Source of the DNA: Eimeria praecox
Lineage: Eukaryota
Assembly (NCBI GenBank): GCA_963920595.1
Contig: OY986947.1
Span: 2,790,001 to 2,854,000 of the forward strand
DNA: 64,000 nt
Direction: 5' to 3'
The notes under the pieces are model-generated. The model was given only the letters and a program-made list of their open reading frames with translations. It was not told where the DNA came from and made no database searches. The position numbers were made by a program, and so were the translations under genes. Positions 39,201 to 54,200 of this stretch are shown one piece after another; within the stretch, counting starts at the first letter, position 1, and each line of letters starts with the position of its first letter.

Positions 39201-42200
39201 CGGCACACACCTTATCCTACAAGCCTCCTAGGTGCTTCCTGAAACTACACACCACAGACCTTTGCGCTCAGACAAGCTGCGCAGGAAGCATTCATGCTTG
39301 TGCCCCTCCACAATTATCAACAATGCGCACATGCCACAGGTCCCTGGCTATTGCTCTGTTTACCACCCATATCGTCTGCAGAGGCGCTATGCCTACACAG
39401 TAGTAATCCCCACCGCGAAATCCCACGATGTGCAGAAATCAGCCCCAACATCAGATGCTGCCAGGTTCAAAATTGCTACCCCTTTAGACACCAACCAAAC
39501 AGCTGCAAGTCATCTAGCTCTCCTTTTATTTTAAAGTTGCAGAGATCTCATACGCTGGTGCATATTGCGAAATTGCAGCCATCTACACACGAGCCGGCAA
39601 AGCCGACCCAGCATATCCGGCTCTGAAGAAGATAACACGCCCATGAAACGAGATCAAAGACAGTACGCTCCACCACCAAACACTCAGACACAATGCTATT
39701 CCCAGCTTGCAGCTTGCGTCGTCCTGTCAACGCCTAAGACTTCCGCCTGAGTGAGTAGCTTGTGTACGTTGTGTTGCAGCCAGCAAATTACCAGCATCCA
39801 CATGAGCGCTGCACTATACGCCTAAGCCGTACTCAATCAAACTACACTCCCAACCGCTCTGCACTCAAGTGCACTGCACCCAAAGGGCCCATGGTGTACT
39901 TGCCTGTACAAAATCACCAGCAACACGCATATGCCACAGGCCCACTAGTATTGTCTTTCTTTCCATCTGTACACCTCTCACTGATGCGACGGGCCTAGGC
40001 AGTAGCAATGGACAGCAGCAAATGTTAGGGCACTCAGTAACCAGCGGTCCATCAGCAGAGCTCGCAATGGGCATCGCTAGACACTCTAATCCGCCAGCCA
40101 AACAGCTGCAAGCCATCGAGTTGATTTCTCTTGCTGGGACTTGCAGGCGTCTTAAACGAGGCTGCAGATTGTGGCATTGCAGCCTTCAACACAGCACACC
40201 CACAATGAGGCACGTCCGCCCCCAACCAAAATGACTACCGCAAACCGGCTATGTTCGCCTTCCTTTCCTGTCTAGTCACACCGAAACATCCGCCCCGCCG
40301 GGCTGGCAATGCCTCCCGCGGCGCTTCTCACCTGAGGAAGATAAATAGTGAAGCCAAGCAACCTGCTTGCCGTTGATTGCGGTAGGTGCAGACCGACCAC
40401 CAATCCGTTCACGAAAACACATAGGATATTTTCAGCACACTGCCGTTACACGCATTCGGCGGGGTGAACCCCAGCAAGCTGTCCACGAATTGTCCAAGAG
40501 CTGTACGAGCGCAGTCTGGCACGCGACCCCACCCCAACGTCCGCTCAGCCCATCTGCGATGCATGGTCAGAGTCATCTGCGGAGCGGCTATGCCTGGACT
40601 AAAGGCCTGCTGCCCAAAACTCTAGCAACCCACCTCCTGCAAAGGTGCCGATGTACCTACAGTTTCGATGTTAATCCCAAGGTAAACACCAATTGAAATT
40701 TGCCCCACAGATCTTCCCTGCAGGCTTCGCGTTCCTCGACTATCTCTAGGCCCCCAACACGCGACCAAACGCTTAGCCCACGCACGCCAACAAGGCTACG
40801 CACAGGCTATCAACGCAACACACGTTTCAGTGCTAATGAGAACAACCTGCAAAGAGCACAACAAAAAAGGCCTAGAACCAATGCTGGTGCCAGCACCTGT
40901 AGCGTTGCCAGCTATTCTGAATACCTTCGGAGTCAGTAACTTCTACTGGTTCACTTGCAGCCACCACCTCATTAGGATTTACGCATACCTTACACCCCAA
41001 CCGTCCTCCGTGCTGCCTGACACTATACAGCAAACTACTCTCGCTTCAAACAAGCTGCACACAAAGCATCCATGCGGTGCGTACCTATATAAAAACACCA
41101 CCAACATGCAAATCTCCCTGCTCCATTAATGCTACAGCTTTTCCTTCCACAAAATGAAACACTCACTGATTAAACTGACTTATAACGTAGCAGTGCACAA
41201 CCGTAAATGCCACGACACGCACAAGTAAATGCGCACCGAAGAGACAAATCCACGTACAAACCTCTACACACTCTTAGTCACCAACCAAGCAGCACCCTAG
41301 CGTCGAAGTACATCCTAATACTAGATGCACAATGCATCTCAGATATCAACTCCCAGTTGCGGGGCTGCAGCCATCACCACACTTACCCCCTATCCAAACA
41401 AAACAAGGGCTGCAGCTGGTATGCAGTATGGGCGAAAAGACGCCTGAAACCTGCAAGCCTGCAGCAAAGTAAACAATGTTGTAGGCAGCATGCCTTTGAT
41501 CCTCTGCTTTTCTGACTGCCTCCCGCCTCAGCACCTTGTGTTAGATGCGCTGCAACCCACATAAAACCTGCACCCAGATACACCATAAGCTACACCCGTC
41601 CTGCGCGCTCCCTCAACTACACACCCAACAGCTCTGCTTTTGAGCAAGCTGCACACAAACACATCATGCGGTAGCATACATGCTGGGCGAGCCTCTCTAA
41701 AATAAAAAGCTACGCGCAAGTGGCACTGGTCCCTCGAGGCACTGGTCCATCAGATATCTAAAATCCCCAGCAGGCCGACCGGTCTACGCAGCAGCAATGC
41801 GGAAGAGCAAATGCCACGACACACAGAAATCAGATGTCCACCAGCAGGTCTCGCCACGCGAGCATCGCTGAGCACTCTCACCCGCCAACCAAACAGCTAC
41901 AAGCCATCGATATCCTTCCTGATGTCAGGCGTTGAGCCGACCTTTGACGAACCTGGACGGACCTGCAGAATAGCCAGTTGTGGAAGCCCGCACATGTACC
42001 GATTATCGACTCAAAGCACCTTCCCGTACTCATGACCACCGCCTGCATGCAGAGCTCTGGACGGATGCGCCAACATCCTAAGCGCAAGCACGATGCTGTT
42101 GGCAGCACCTGCACTACGCCCAATTCCTCCGAGTGCATTTGGCATCAGTATCGTGTGCTTTGCTCGGGCTTGTAGACATTCTGCTCTGCAGTGCACCCCC

Positions 42201-45200
42201 GTTCCTCCTGAAACAAATCACTAAACAACTCTGCGTCGGGGCAAGCTGCGCAGAAGGCAGTCTTGCTTCATCTGGCCCCCTAAAATCACCAACAACAAGC
42301 AAGTGCCGCCGCTCCGCGAGTAATGCTATCCTGTATATCCGCATGACAGTCTCTCCAATTAATTAAAAATGAATGGTATCCGATTTGAACTAACGAAGAT
42401 TTAAAAATCGACGGACTTCCAGTTTGCCTCTATAGACCGCTCTGGCGTATCCTCACAGGTGCGGCAGGGCTTTCCTGCCCTAGTATCGACGTGCAGCAGC
42501 CATGCATACAAACAACACTACAAGTGACAGATGCCTCCATCAGCTGCATACCTCTTGACGCTCTTCACCACCTACAGCGCACTTGCACGCCATCGAAATC
42601 CTTCCCCTAGGAAAATGCACAACAGCATTTAGATGCCACAACAGCCACCACCAAGCGTGCCACGTATTCACGCAAAACATGTCCCATCTCTTGTATTGCA
42701 ACTTTGGCAGAAAAACACCTCAAAGCTGCACAGCACAAAATGTTGTAGGCAGCACGTCTAGGATACTCTACCACTCCGCGCTCCGCTCTTAGTGCCTTCG
42801 CAATCAGTATCGTGTGCAGGATGTGTTGCAGCCAGCAAACGTCCAGCACCCGCATATACCTTTCGATGCACGCCTCCTCCGTGCCCTCTGAAACTACAAA
42901 CCAAACAGCGCACCGTTCTAGCAAGCCTACCACGAAGCACCCATGCCATACACTCCGCTCTCAAGCCGCCAGAAGCAAGGAAATGCCGCTGGTTCATGGC
43001 CATAGCCTTCCTCTGCACCCAGACAGTCCGCAAGAGATGTGACAGGCCTATGCAGTAACAATCAACAATGGCAAATGCCACAACACGTTTGAGCGAACAA
43101 AGCTTCGCTCAAACGACGTTGCCACGTACAATTATCTACACGCTTCCATCCTCCGACGAGACAGCTGCGCGCCACCGGCTTCTTCCCTGACATCATATGT
43201 TGCGTGGACTTTGAGCATAACTTCACAATACCAAATTGCAGCCATCAGCAAACGTACCGACTATCCAGACAAATGAACTTACTGCGATGACAAACAATGC
43301 GTGCAAAGGGCCTTTCCCGAGTGTGCTCCAATTTCAAAGACGCAAGCACAATGCTGTTGGCACACCGTCTACTACTGTCGACTCCTATGACTGCAGCTTT
43401 AGTCAGTATCTTGTGTTGGTTGTGCGGCATCCAGCTAATTCCTAGCACCAGCGCACACTTCCCACTAGATGCCAACTCCGAACTCTCCGAAAACTGCACA
43501 CTAAGCTGCATCGCACACAGACCAGCTGCACACAAAGCATTCGTGCTGTGTGCACCTCACTACTATTTTCACCAACGTGTAGATGCCGCCGACTGATGAA
43601 TATTACTCTGCGATCTACCGGTACAATCATCAGCACCGCGATAGGCCTACCCAGTAGTTCTGGGCAACGGCAAATAGAACGATATGCAGAAACCAGCTGC
43701 CCATCAACAGGTCTCCTCACGCGCATATCTCTACACACTCTAACACACAAAATATATACCTACAAGCCATCGACATAATTCCTCATGCTAGATGCCCGAT
43801 GGGCCACTAACGAAACTGCGCATTACTGAATTGCAGCCATTAACACAAAATAACCAGAATCTAACTCATCTGCTCCCAAGAAAAATGACATCCTGCCACC
43901 AGTAGTGGATACCAACTCTGAACCCACTCGATCCTGGGAGCAAAACAGGTTCAATTCCATCTTTCCTCTGTGCCTAAGCACCAACGCAACCATCGCGCAA
44001 AGTCTTCAACTACCCCAACGCCATTCCCCACCTAAGCAAGATAGCAAATACTGCCGGCACGCACCCTGACGCTCGTCGAATGCTGCAGGTTCAAGCCGGG
44101 CAACTATGCCTTTGAAACAACACATCCGAGCACAAAGGCCTGTCAGTGCACTGGCATCAGCCGCATACTGCATGCTAAGCAGCAGAGAAGTTCTTGGTAA
44201 ATCTTCCCAAGACACCGTTCCTATAACGCCTCTACGGTGCATGACCAGAGTGATCTGCTGAGTGATGAAATCTGGCCCCAAGGCCTGCTGCGCAACGCTC
44301 TAGCAACCCACCTCCTGCAAAGGTGCCGATGTACCTACAGTTTCGATGTTAATCCCAAGGTAAACACCAATTGAAATTTGCCCCACAGATCTTCCCTGCA
44401 GGCTTCGCGTCCCTCGACTATCTCTAGGCCCCCAACACGCGACCAAACGCTTAGCCCACGCACGCCAACAAGGCTACGCACAGGCTATCAACGCAACACA
44501 CGTTTCAGTGCTAATGAGAACAACCTGCAAAGAGCACAACAAAAAAGGCCTAGAACCAATGCTGGTGCCAGCACCTGTAGCGTTGCCAGCTATTCTGAAT
44601 ACCTTCGGAGTCAGTAACTTCTACTGGTTCACTTGCAGCCACCACCTCATTAGGATTTACGCATACCTTACACCCCAACCGTCCTCCGTGCTGCCTGACA
44701 CTATACAGCAAACTACTCTCGCTTCAAATAAGCTGCACACAAAGCATCCATGCGGTGCGTACCTATATAAAAACACCACCAACATGCAAATCTCCCTGCT
44801 CCATTAATGCTACAGCTTTTCCTTCCACAAAATGAAACACTCACTGATTAAACTGACTTATAAAGTAGCAGTGCACAACCGTAAATGCCACGACACGCAC
44901 AAGTAAATGTGCACCGAACAAACAAATCCACGTACAAACCTCTACACACTCTTAGTCACCAACCAAGCAGCACCCTAGCGTCGAAGTACATCCTAATACT
45001 AGATGCACAGTGCATCTCAGATATCAACTCCCAGTTGCGGGGCTGCAGCCATCACCACACTTACCTCCTATCCAAACAAAACAAGGGCTGCAGCTGGTAT
45101 GCAGTATGGGCGAAAAGACGCCTGAAACCTGCAAGCCTGCAGCAAAGTAAACAATGTTGTAGGCAGCATGCCTTTGATCCTCTGCTTTTCTGACTGCCTC

Positions 45201-48200
45201 CCGCCTCAGCACCTTGTGTTAGATGCGCTGCAACCCACATAAAACCTGCACCCAGATACACCATAAGCTACACCCGTCCTGCGCGCTCCCTCAACTACAC
45301 ACCCAACAGCTCTGCTTTTGAGCAAGCTGCACACAAGCACATCATGCTGTAGCATACATGCTGGGCGAGCCTCTCTAAAATAAAAAGCTACGCGCAAGTG
45401 GCACTGGTCCCTCGAGGCACTGGTCCATCAGATATCTAAAATCCCCAGCAGGCCGACCGGTCTACGCAGCAGCAATGCGGAAGAGCAAATGCCACGACAC
45501 ACAGAAATCAGATGTCCACCAGCAGGTCTCGCCACGCGAGCATCGCTGAGCACTCTCACCCGCCAACCAAACAGCTACAAGCCATCGATATCCTTCCTGA
45601 TGTCAGGCGTTGAGCCGACCTTTGACGAACCTGGACGGACCTGCAGAATAGCCAGTTGTGGAAGCCCGCACATGTACCGATTATCGACTCAAAGCACCTT
45701 CCCGTACTCATGACCACCGCCTGCATACAGAGCTCTGGACGGATGCGCCAACATCCTAAGCGCAAGCACGATGCTGTTGGCAGCACCTGCACTACGCCCA
45801 ATTCCTCCGAGTGCATTTGGCATCAGTATCGTGTGCTTTGCTCGGGCTTGTAGACATTCTGCTCTGCAGTGCACCCCCGTTCCTCCTGAAACAAATCACT
45901 AAACAACTCTGCGTCGGGGCAAGCTGCGCAGAAGGCAGTCTTGCTTCATCTGGCCCCCTAAAATCACCAACAACAAGCAAGTGCCGCCGCTCCGCGAGTA
46001 ATGCTATCCTGTATATCCGCATGACAGTCTCTCCAATTAATTAAAAATGAATGGTATCCGATTTGAACTAACGAAGATTTAAAAATCGACGGACTTCCAG
46101 TTTGCCTCTATAGACCGCTCTGGCGTATCCTCACAGGTGCGGCAGGGCTTTCCTGCCCTAGTATCGACGTGCAGCAGCCATGCATACAAACAACACTACA
46201 AGTGACAGATGCCTCCATCAGCTGCATACCTCTTGACGCTCTTCACCACCTACAGCGCACTTGCACGCCATCGAAATCCTTCCCCTAGGAAAATGCACAA
46301 CAGCATTTAGATGCCACAACAGCCACCACCAAGCGTGCCACGTATTCACGCAAAACATGTCCCATCCCTTGTATTGCAACTTTGGCAGAAAAACACCTCA
46401 AAGCTGCACAGCACAAAATGTTGTAGGCAGCACGTCTAGGATACTCTACCACTCCGCGCTCCGCTCTTAGTGCCTTCGCAATCAGTATCGTGTGCAGGAT
46501 GTGTTGCAGCCAGCAAACGTCCAGCACCCGCATATACCTTTCGATGCACGCCTCCTCCGTGCCCTCTGAAACTACAAACCAAACAGCGCACCGTTCTAGC
46601 AAGCCTACCACGAAGCACCCATGCCATACACTCCGCTCTCAAGCCGCCAGAAGCAAGGAAATGCCGCTGGTTCATGGCCATAGCCTTCCTCTGCACCCAG
46701 ACAGTCCGCAAGAGATGTGACAGGCCTATGCAGTAACAATCAACAATGGCAAATGCCACAACACGTTTGAGCGAACAAAGCTTCGCTCAAACGACGTTGC
46801 CACGTACAATTATCTACACGCTTCCATCCTCCGACGAGACAGCTGCGCGCCACCGGCTTCTTCCCTGACATCATATGTTGCGTGGACTTTGAGCATAACT
46901 GCACAATACCAAATTGCAGCCATCAGCCAACGTACCGACTATCCAGACAAATGAACTTACTGCGATGACAAACAATGCGTGCAAAGGGCCTTTCCCGAGT
47001 GTGCTCCAATTTCAAAGACGCAAGCACAATGCTGTTGGCACACCGTCTACTACTGTCGACTCCTATGACTGCAGCTTTAGTCAGTATCTTGTGTTGGTTG
47101 TGCGGCATCCAGCTAATTCCTAGCACCAGCGCACACTTCCCACTAGATGCCAACTCCGAACTCTCCGAAAACTGCACACTAAGCTGCATCGCACACAGAC
47201 CAGCTGCACACAAAGCATTCGTGCTGTGTGCACCTCACTACTATTTTCACCAACGTGTAGATGCCGCCGACTGATGAATATTACTCTGCGATCCACCGGA
47301 ACAATCATCAGCACCGCGATAGGCCTACCCAGTAGTTCTGGGCAACGGCAAATAGAACGATATGCAGAAACCAGCTGCCCATCAACAGGTCTCCTCACGC
47401 GCATATCTCTACACACTCTAACACACAAAATATATACCTACAAGCCATCGACATAATTCCTCATGCTAGATGCCCGATGGGCCACTAACGAAACTGCGCA
47501 TTACTGAATTGCAGCCATTAACACAAAATACCCAGAATCTAACTCATCTGCTCCCAAGAAAAATGGCATCCTGTCATCAGTAGTGGATACCAACTCTGAA
47601 CCCACTCGATCCTGGGAGCAAAACAGGTTCAATTCCATCTTTCCTCTGTGCCTAAGCACCAACGCAACCATCGCGCAAAGTCTTCAACTACCCCAACGCC
47701 ATTCCCCACCTAAGCAAGATAGCAAATACTGCCGGCACGCACCCTGACGCTCGTCGAATGCTGCAGGTTCAAGCCGGGCAACTATGCCTTTGAAACAACA
47801 CATCCGAGCACAAAGGCCTGTCAGTGCACTGGCATCAGCCGCATACTGCATGCTAAGCAGCAGAGAAGTTCTTGGTAAATCTTCCCAAGACACCGTTCCT
47901 ATAACGCCTCTACGGTGCATGACCAGAGTGATCTGCTGAGTGACGAAATCTGGCCCCAAGGCCTGCTGCGCAACGCTCTAGCAACCCACCTCCTGCAAAG
48001 GTGCCGATGTACCTACAGTTTCGATGTTAATCCCAAGGTAAACACCAATTGAAATTTGCCCCACAGATCTTCCCTGCAGGCTTCGCGTCCCTCGACTATC
48101 TCTAGGCCCCCAACACGCGACCAAACGCTTAGCCCACGCACGCCAACAAGGCTACGCACAGGCTATCAACGCAACACACGTTTCAGTGCTAATGAGAACA

Positions 48201-51200
48201 ACCTGCAAAGAGCACAACAAAAAAGGCCTAGAACCAATGCTGGTGCCAGCACCTGTAGCGTTGCCAGCTATTCTGAATACCTTCGGAGTCAGTAACTTCT
48301 ACTGGTTCACTTGCAGCCACCACCTCATTAGGATTTACGCATACCTTACACCCCAACCGTCCTCCGTGCTGCCTGACACTATACAGCAAACTACTCTCGC
48401 TTCAAATAAGCTGCACACAAAGCATCCATGCGGTGCGTACCTATATAAAAACACCACCAACATGCAAATCTCCCTGCTCCATTAATGCTACAGCTTTTCC
48501 TTCCACAAAATGAAACACTCACTGATTAAACTGACTTATAACGTAGCAGTGCACAACCGTAAATGCCACGACACGCACAAGTAAATGCGCACCGAAGAGA
48601 CAAATCCACGTACAAACCTCTACACACTCTTAGTCACCAACCAAGCAGCACCCTAGCGTCGAAGTACATCCTAATACTAGATGCACAATGCATCTCAGAT
48701 ATCAACTCCCAGTTGCGGGGCTGCAGCCATCACCACACTTACCCCCTATCCAAACAAAACAAGGGCTGCAGCTGGTATGCAGTATGGGCGAAAAGACGCC
48801 TGAAACCTGCAAGCCTGCAGCAAAGTAAACAATGTTGTAGGCAGCATGCCTTTGATCCTCTGCTTTTCTGACTGCCTCCCGCCTCAGCACCTTGTGTTAG
48901 ATGCGCTGCAACCCACATAAAACCTGCACCCAGATACACCATAAGCTACACCCGTCCTGCGCGCTCCCTCAACTACACACCCAACAGCTCTGCTTTTGAG
49001 CAAGCTGCACACAAGCACATCATGCTGTAGCATACATGCTGGGCGAGCCTCTCTAAAATAAAAAGCTACGCGCAAGTGGCACTGGTCCCTCGAGGCACTG
49101 GTCCATCAGATATCTAAAATCCCCAGCAGGCCGACCGGTCTACGCAGCAGCAATGCGGAAGAGCAAATGCCACGACACACAGAAATCAGATGTCCACCAG
49201 CAGGTCTCGCCACGCGAGCATCGCTGAGCACTCTCACCCGCCAACCAAACAGCTACAAGCCATCGATATCCTTCCTGATGTCAGGCGTTGAGCCGACCTT
49301 TGACGAACCTGGACGGACCTGCAGAATAGCCAGTTGTGGAAGCCCGCACACGTACCGACTATCCAGCAAAACACCGTCCCGTACTCATGACCACCGCCTG
49401 CATACAGAGCTCTGGACGGATGCGCCAATATCCTAAGCGCAAGCACGATGCTGTTGGCAGCACCTGTACTACGCCCAATTCCTCCGAGTGCATTTGGCAT
49501 CAGTATCGTGTGCTTTGCTCGGGCTTGTAGACATTCTGCTCTGCAGTGCACCCCCGTTCCTCCTGAAACAAATCACTAAACAACTCTGCGTCGGAGCAAG
49601 CTGCGCAGAAGGCAGTCTTGCTTCATCTGGCCCCCTAAAATCACCAACAACAAGCAAGTGCCGCCGCTCCGCGAGTAATGCTATCCTGTATATCCGCATG
49701 ACAGTCTCTCCAATTAATTAAAAATGAATGGTATCCGATTTGAACTAACGAAGATTTAAAAATCGACGGACTTCCAGTTTGCCTCTATAGACCGCTCTGG
49801 CGTATCCTCACAGGTGCGGCAGGGCTTTCCTGCCCTAGTATCGACGTGCAGCAGCCATGCATACAAACAACACTACAAGTGACAGATGCCTCCATCAGCT
49901 GCATACCTCTTGACGCTCTTCACCACCTACAGCGCACTTGCACGCCATCGAAATCCTTCCCCTAGGAAAATGCACAACAACATTTAGATGCCACAACAGC
50001 CACCACCAAGCGTGCCACGTATTCACGCAAAACACGTCCCAGCTCCTGTATTGCAACTTTGGCAGAAAAACACCTCAAAGCTGCACAGCACAAAATGTTG
50101 TAGGCAGCACGTCTAGGATACTCTACCACTCCGCGCTCCGCTCTTAGTGCCTTCGCAATCAGTATCGTGTGCAGGATGTGTTGCAGCCAGCAAACGTCCA
50201 GCACCCGCATATACCTTTCGATGCACGCCTCCTCCGTGCCCTCTGAAACTACAAACCAAACAGCGCACCGTTCTAGCAAGCCTACCACGAAGCACCCATG
50301 CCATACACTCCGCTCTCAAGCCGCCAGAAGCAAGGAAATGCCGCTGGTTCATGGCCATAGCCTTCCTCTGCACCCAGACAGTCCGCAAGAGATGTGACAG
50401 GCCTATGCAGTAACAATCAACAATGGCAAATGCCACAACACGTTTGAGCGAACAAAGCTTCGCTCAAACGACGTTGCCACGTACAATTATCTACACGCTT
50501 CCATCCTCCGACGAGACAGCTGCGCGCCACCGGCTTCTTCCCTGACATCATATGTTGCGTGGACTTTGAGCATAACTGCACAATACCGAATTGCAGCCAT
50601 CAGCCAACGTACCGACTATCCAGGCAAATGAACTTCCTGCGATGACAAACAATGCGTGCAAAGGGCCTTTCCCGAGTGTGCTCCAATTTCAAAGACGCAA
50701 GCACAATGCTGTTGGCACACCGTCTACTACTGTCGACTCCTATGACTGCAGCTTTAGTCAGTATCTTGTGTTGGTTGTGCGGCATCCAGCTAATTCCTAG
50801 CACCAGCGCACACTTCCCACTAGATGCCAACTCCGAACTCTCCGAAAACTGCACACTAAGCTACATCGCACACAGACCAGCTGCACACAAAGCATTCGTG
50901 CTGTGTGCACCTCACTACTATTTTCACCAACGTGTAGATGCCGCCGACTGATGAATATTACTCTGCGATCCACCGGAACAATCATCAGCACCGCGATAGG
51001 CCTACCCAGTAGTTCTGGGCAACGGCAAATAGAACGATATGCAGAAACCAGCTGCCCATCAACAGGTCTCCTCACGCGCATATCTCTACACACTCTAACA
51101 CACAAAATATATACCTACAAGCCATCGACATAATTCCTCATGCTAGATGCCCGATGGGCCACTAACGAAACTGCGCATTACTGAATTGCAGCCATTAACA

Positions 51201-54200
51201 CAAAATACCCAGAATCTAACTCATCTGCTCCCAAGAAAAATGGCATCCTGTCATCAGTAGTGGATACCAACTCTGAACCCACTCGATCCTGGGAGCAAAA
51301 CAGGTTCAATTCCATCTTTCCTCTGTGCCTAAGCACCAACGCAACCATCGCGCAAAGTCTTCAACTACCCCAACGCCATTCCCCACCTAAGCAAGATAGC
51401 AAATACTGCCGGCACGCACCCTGACGCTCGTCGAATGCTGCAGGTTCAAGCCGGGCAACTATGCCTTTGAAACAACACATCCGAGCACAAAGGCCTGTCA
51501 GTGCACTGGCATCAGCCGCATACTGCATGCTAAGCAGCAGAGAAGTTCTTGGTAAATCTTCCCAAGACACCGTTCCTATAACGCCTCTACGGTGCATGAC
51601 CAGAGTGATCTGCTGAGTGACGAAATCTGGCCCCAAGGCCTGCTGCGCAACGCTCTAGCAACCCACCTCCTGCAAAGGTGCCGATGTACCTACAGTTTCG
51701 ATGTTAATCCCAAGGTAAACACCAATTGAAATTTGCCCCACAGATCTTCCCTGCAGGCTTCGCGTCCCTCGACTATCTCTAGGCCCCCAACACGCGACCA
51801 AACGCTTAGCCCACGCACGCCAACAAGGCTACGCACAGGCTATCAACGCAACACACGTTTCAGTGCTAATGAGAACAACCTGCAAAGAGCACAACAAAAA
51901 AGGCCTAGAACCAATGCTGGTGCCAGCACCTGTAGCGTTGCCAGCTATTCTGAATACCTTCGGAGTCAGTAACTTCTACTGGTTCACTTGCAGCCACCAC
52001 CTCATTAGGATTTACGCATACCTTACACCCCAACCGTCCTCCGTGCTGCCTGACACTATACAGCAAACTACTCTCGCTTCAAATAAGCTGCACACAAAGC
52101 ATCCATGCGGTGCGTACCTATATAAAAACACCACCAACATGCAAATCTCCCTGCTCCATTAATGCTACAGCTTTTCCTTCCACAAAATGAAACACTCACT
52201 GATTAAACTGACTTATAACGTAGCAGTGCACAACCGTAAATGCCACGACACGCACAAGTAAATGCGCACCGAAGAGACAAATCCACGTACAAACCTCTAC
52301 ACACTCTTAGTCACCAACCAAGCAGCACCCTAGCGTCGAAGTACATCCTAATACTAGATGCACAATGCATCTCAGATATCAACTCCCAGTTGCGGGGCTG
52401 CAGCCATCACCACACTTACCCCCTATCCAAACAAAACAAGGGCTGCAGCTGGTATGCAGTATGGGCGAAAAGACGCCTGAAACCTGCAAGCCTGCAGCAA
52501 AGTAAACAATGTTGTAGGCAGCATGCCTTTGATCCTCTGCTTTTCTGACTGCCTCCCGCCTCAGCACCTTGTGTTAGATGCGCTGCAACCCACATAAAAC
52601 CTGCACCCAGATACACCATAAGCTACACCCGTCCTGCGCGCTCCCTCAACTACACACCCAACAGCTCTGCTTTTGAGCAAGCTGCACACAAGCACATCAT
52701 GCTGTAGCATACATGCGGGGCGAGCCTCTCTAAAATAAAAAGCTACGCGCAAGTGGCACTGGTCCCTCGAGGCACTGGTCCATCAGATATCTAAAATCCC
52801 CAGCAGGCCGACCGGTCTACGCAGCAGCAATGCGGAAGAGCAAATGCCACGACACACAGAAATCAGATGTCCACCAGCAGGTCTCGCCACGCGAGCATCG
52901 CTGAGCACTCTCACCCGCCAACCAAACAGCTACAAGCCATCGATATCCTTCCTGATGTCAGGCGTTGAGCCGACCTTTGACGAACCTGGACGGATCTGCA
53001 GAATAGCCAGTTGTGGAAGCCCGCACACGTACCGACTATCCAGCAAAACACCGTCCCGTACTCATGACCACCGCCTGCATACAGAGCTCTGGACGGATGC
53101 GCCAGCATCCTAAGCGCAAGCACGATGCTGTTGGCAGCACCTGTACTACGCCCAATTCCTCCGAGTGCATTTGGCATCAGTATCGTGTGCTTTGCTCGGG
53201 CTTGTAGACATTCTGCTCTGCAGTGCACCCCCGTTCCTCCTGAAACAAATCACTAAACAACTCTGCGTCGGGGCAAGCTGCGCAGAAGGCAGTCTTGCTT
53301 CATCTGGCCCCCTAAAATCACCAACAACAAGCAAGTGCCGCCGCTCCGCGAGTAATGCTATCCTGTATATCCGCATGACAGTCTCTCCAATTAATTAAAA
53401 ATGAATGGTATCCGATTTGAACTAACGAAGATTTAAAAATCGACGGACTTCCAGTTTGCCTCTATAGACCGCTCTGGCGTATCCTCACAGGTGCGGCAGG
53501 GCTTTCCTGCCCTAGTATCGACGTGCAGCAGCCATGCATACAAACAACACTACAAGTGACAGATGCCTCCATCAGCTGCATACCTCTTGACGCTCTTCAC
53601 CACCTACAGCGCACTTGCACGCCATCGAAATCCTTCCCCTAGGAAAATGCACAACAACATTTAGATGCCACAACAGCCACCACCAAGCGTGCCACGTATT
53701 CACGCAAAACACGTCCCAGCTCCTGTATTGCAACTTTGGCAGAAAAACACCTCAAAGCTGCACAGCACAAAATGTTGTAGGCAGCACGTCTAGGATACTC
53801 TACCACTCCGCGCTCCGCTCTTAGTGCCTTCGCAATCAGTATCGTGTGCAGGATGTGTTGCAGCCAGCAAACGTCCAGCACCCGCATATACCTTTCGATG
53901 CACGCCTCCTCCGTGCCCTCTGAAACTACAAACCAAACAGCGCACCGTTCTAGCAAGCCTACCACGAAGCACCCATGCCATACACTCCGCTCTCAAGCCG
54001 CCAGAAGCAAGGAAATGCCGCTGGTTCATGGCCATAGCCTTCCTCTGCACCCAGACAGTCCGCAAGAGATGTGACAGGCCTATGCAGTAACAATCAACAA
54101 TGGCAAATGCCACAACACGTTTGAGCGAACAAAGCTTCGCTCAAACGACGTTGCCACGTACAATTATCTACATGCTTCCATCCTCCGACGAAACAGCTGC

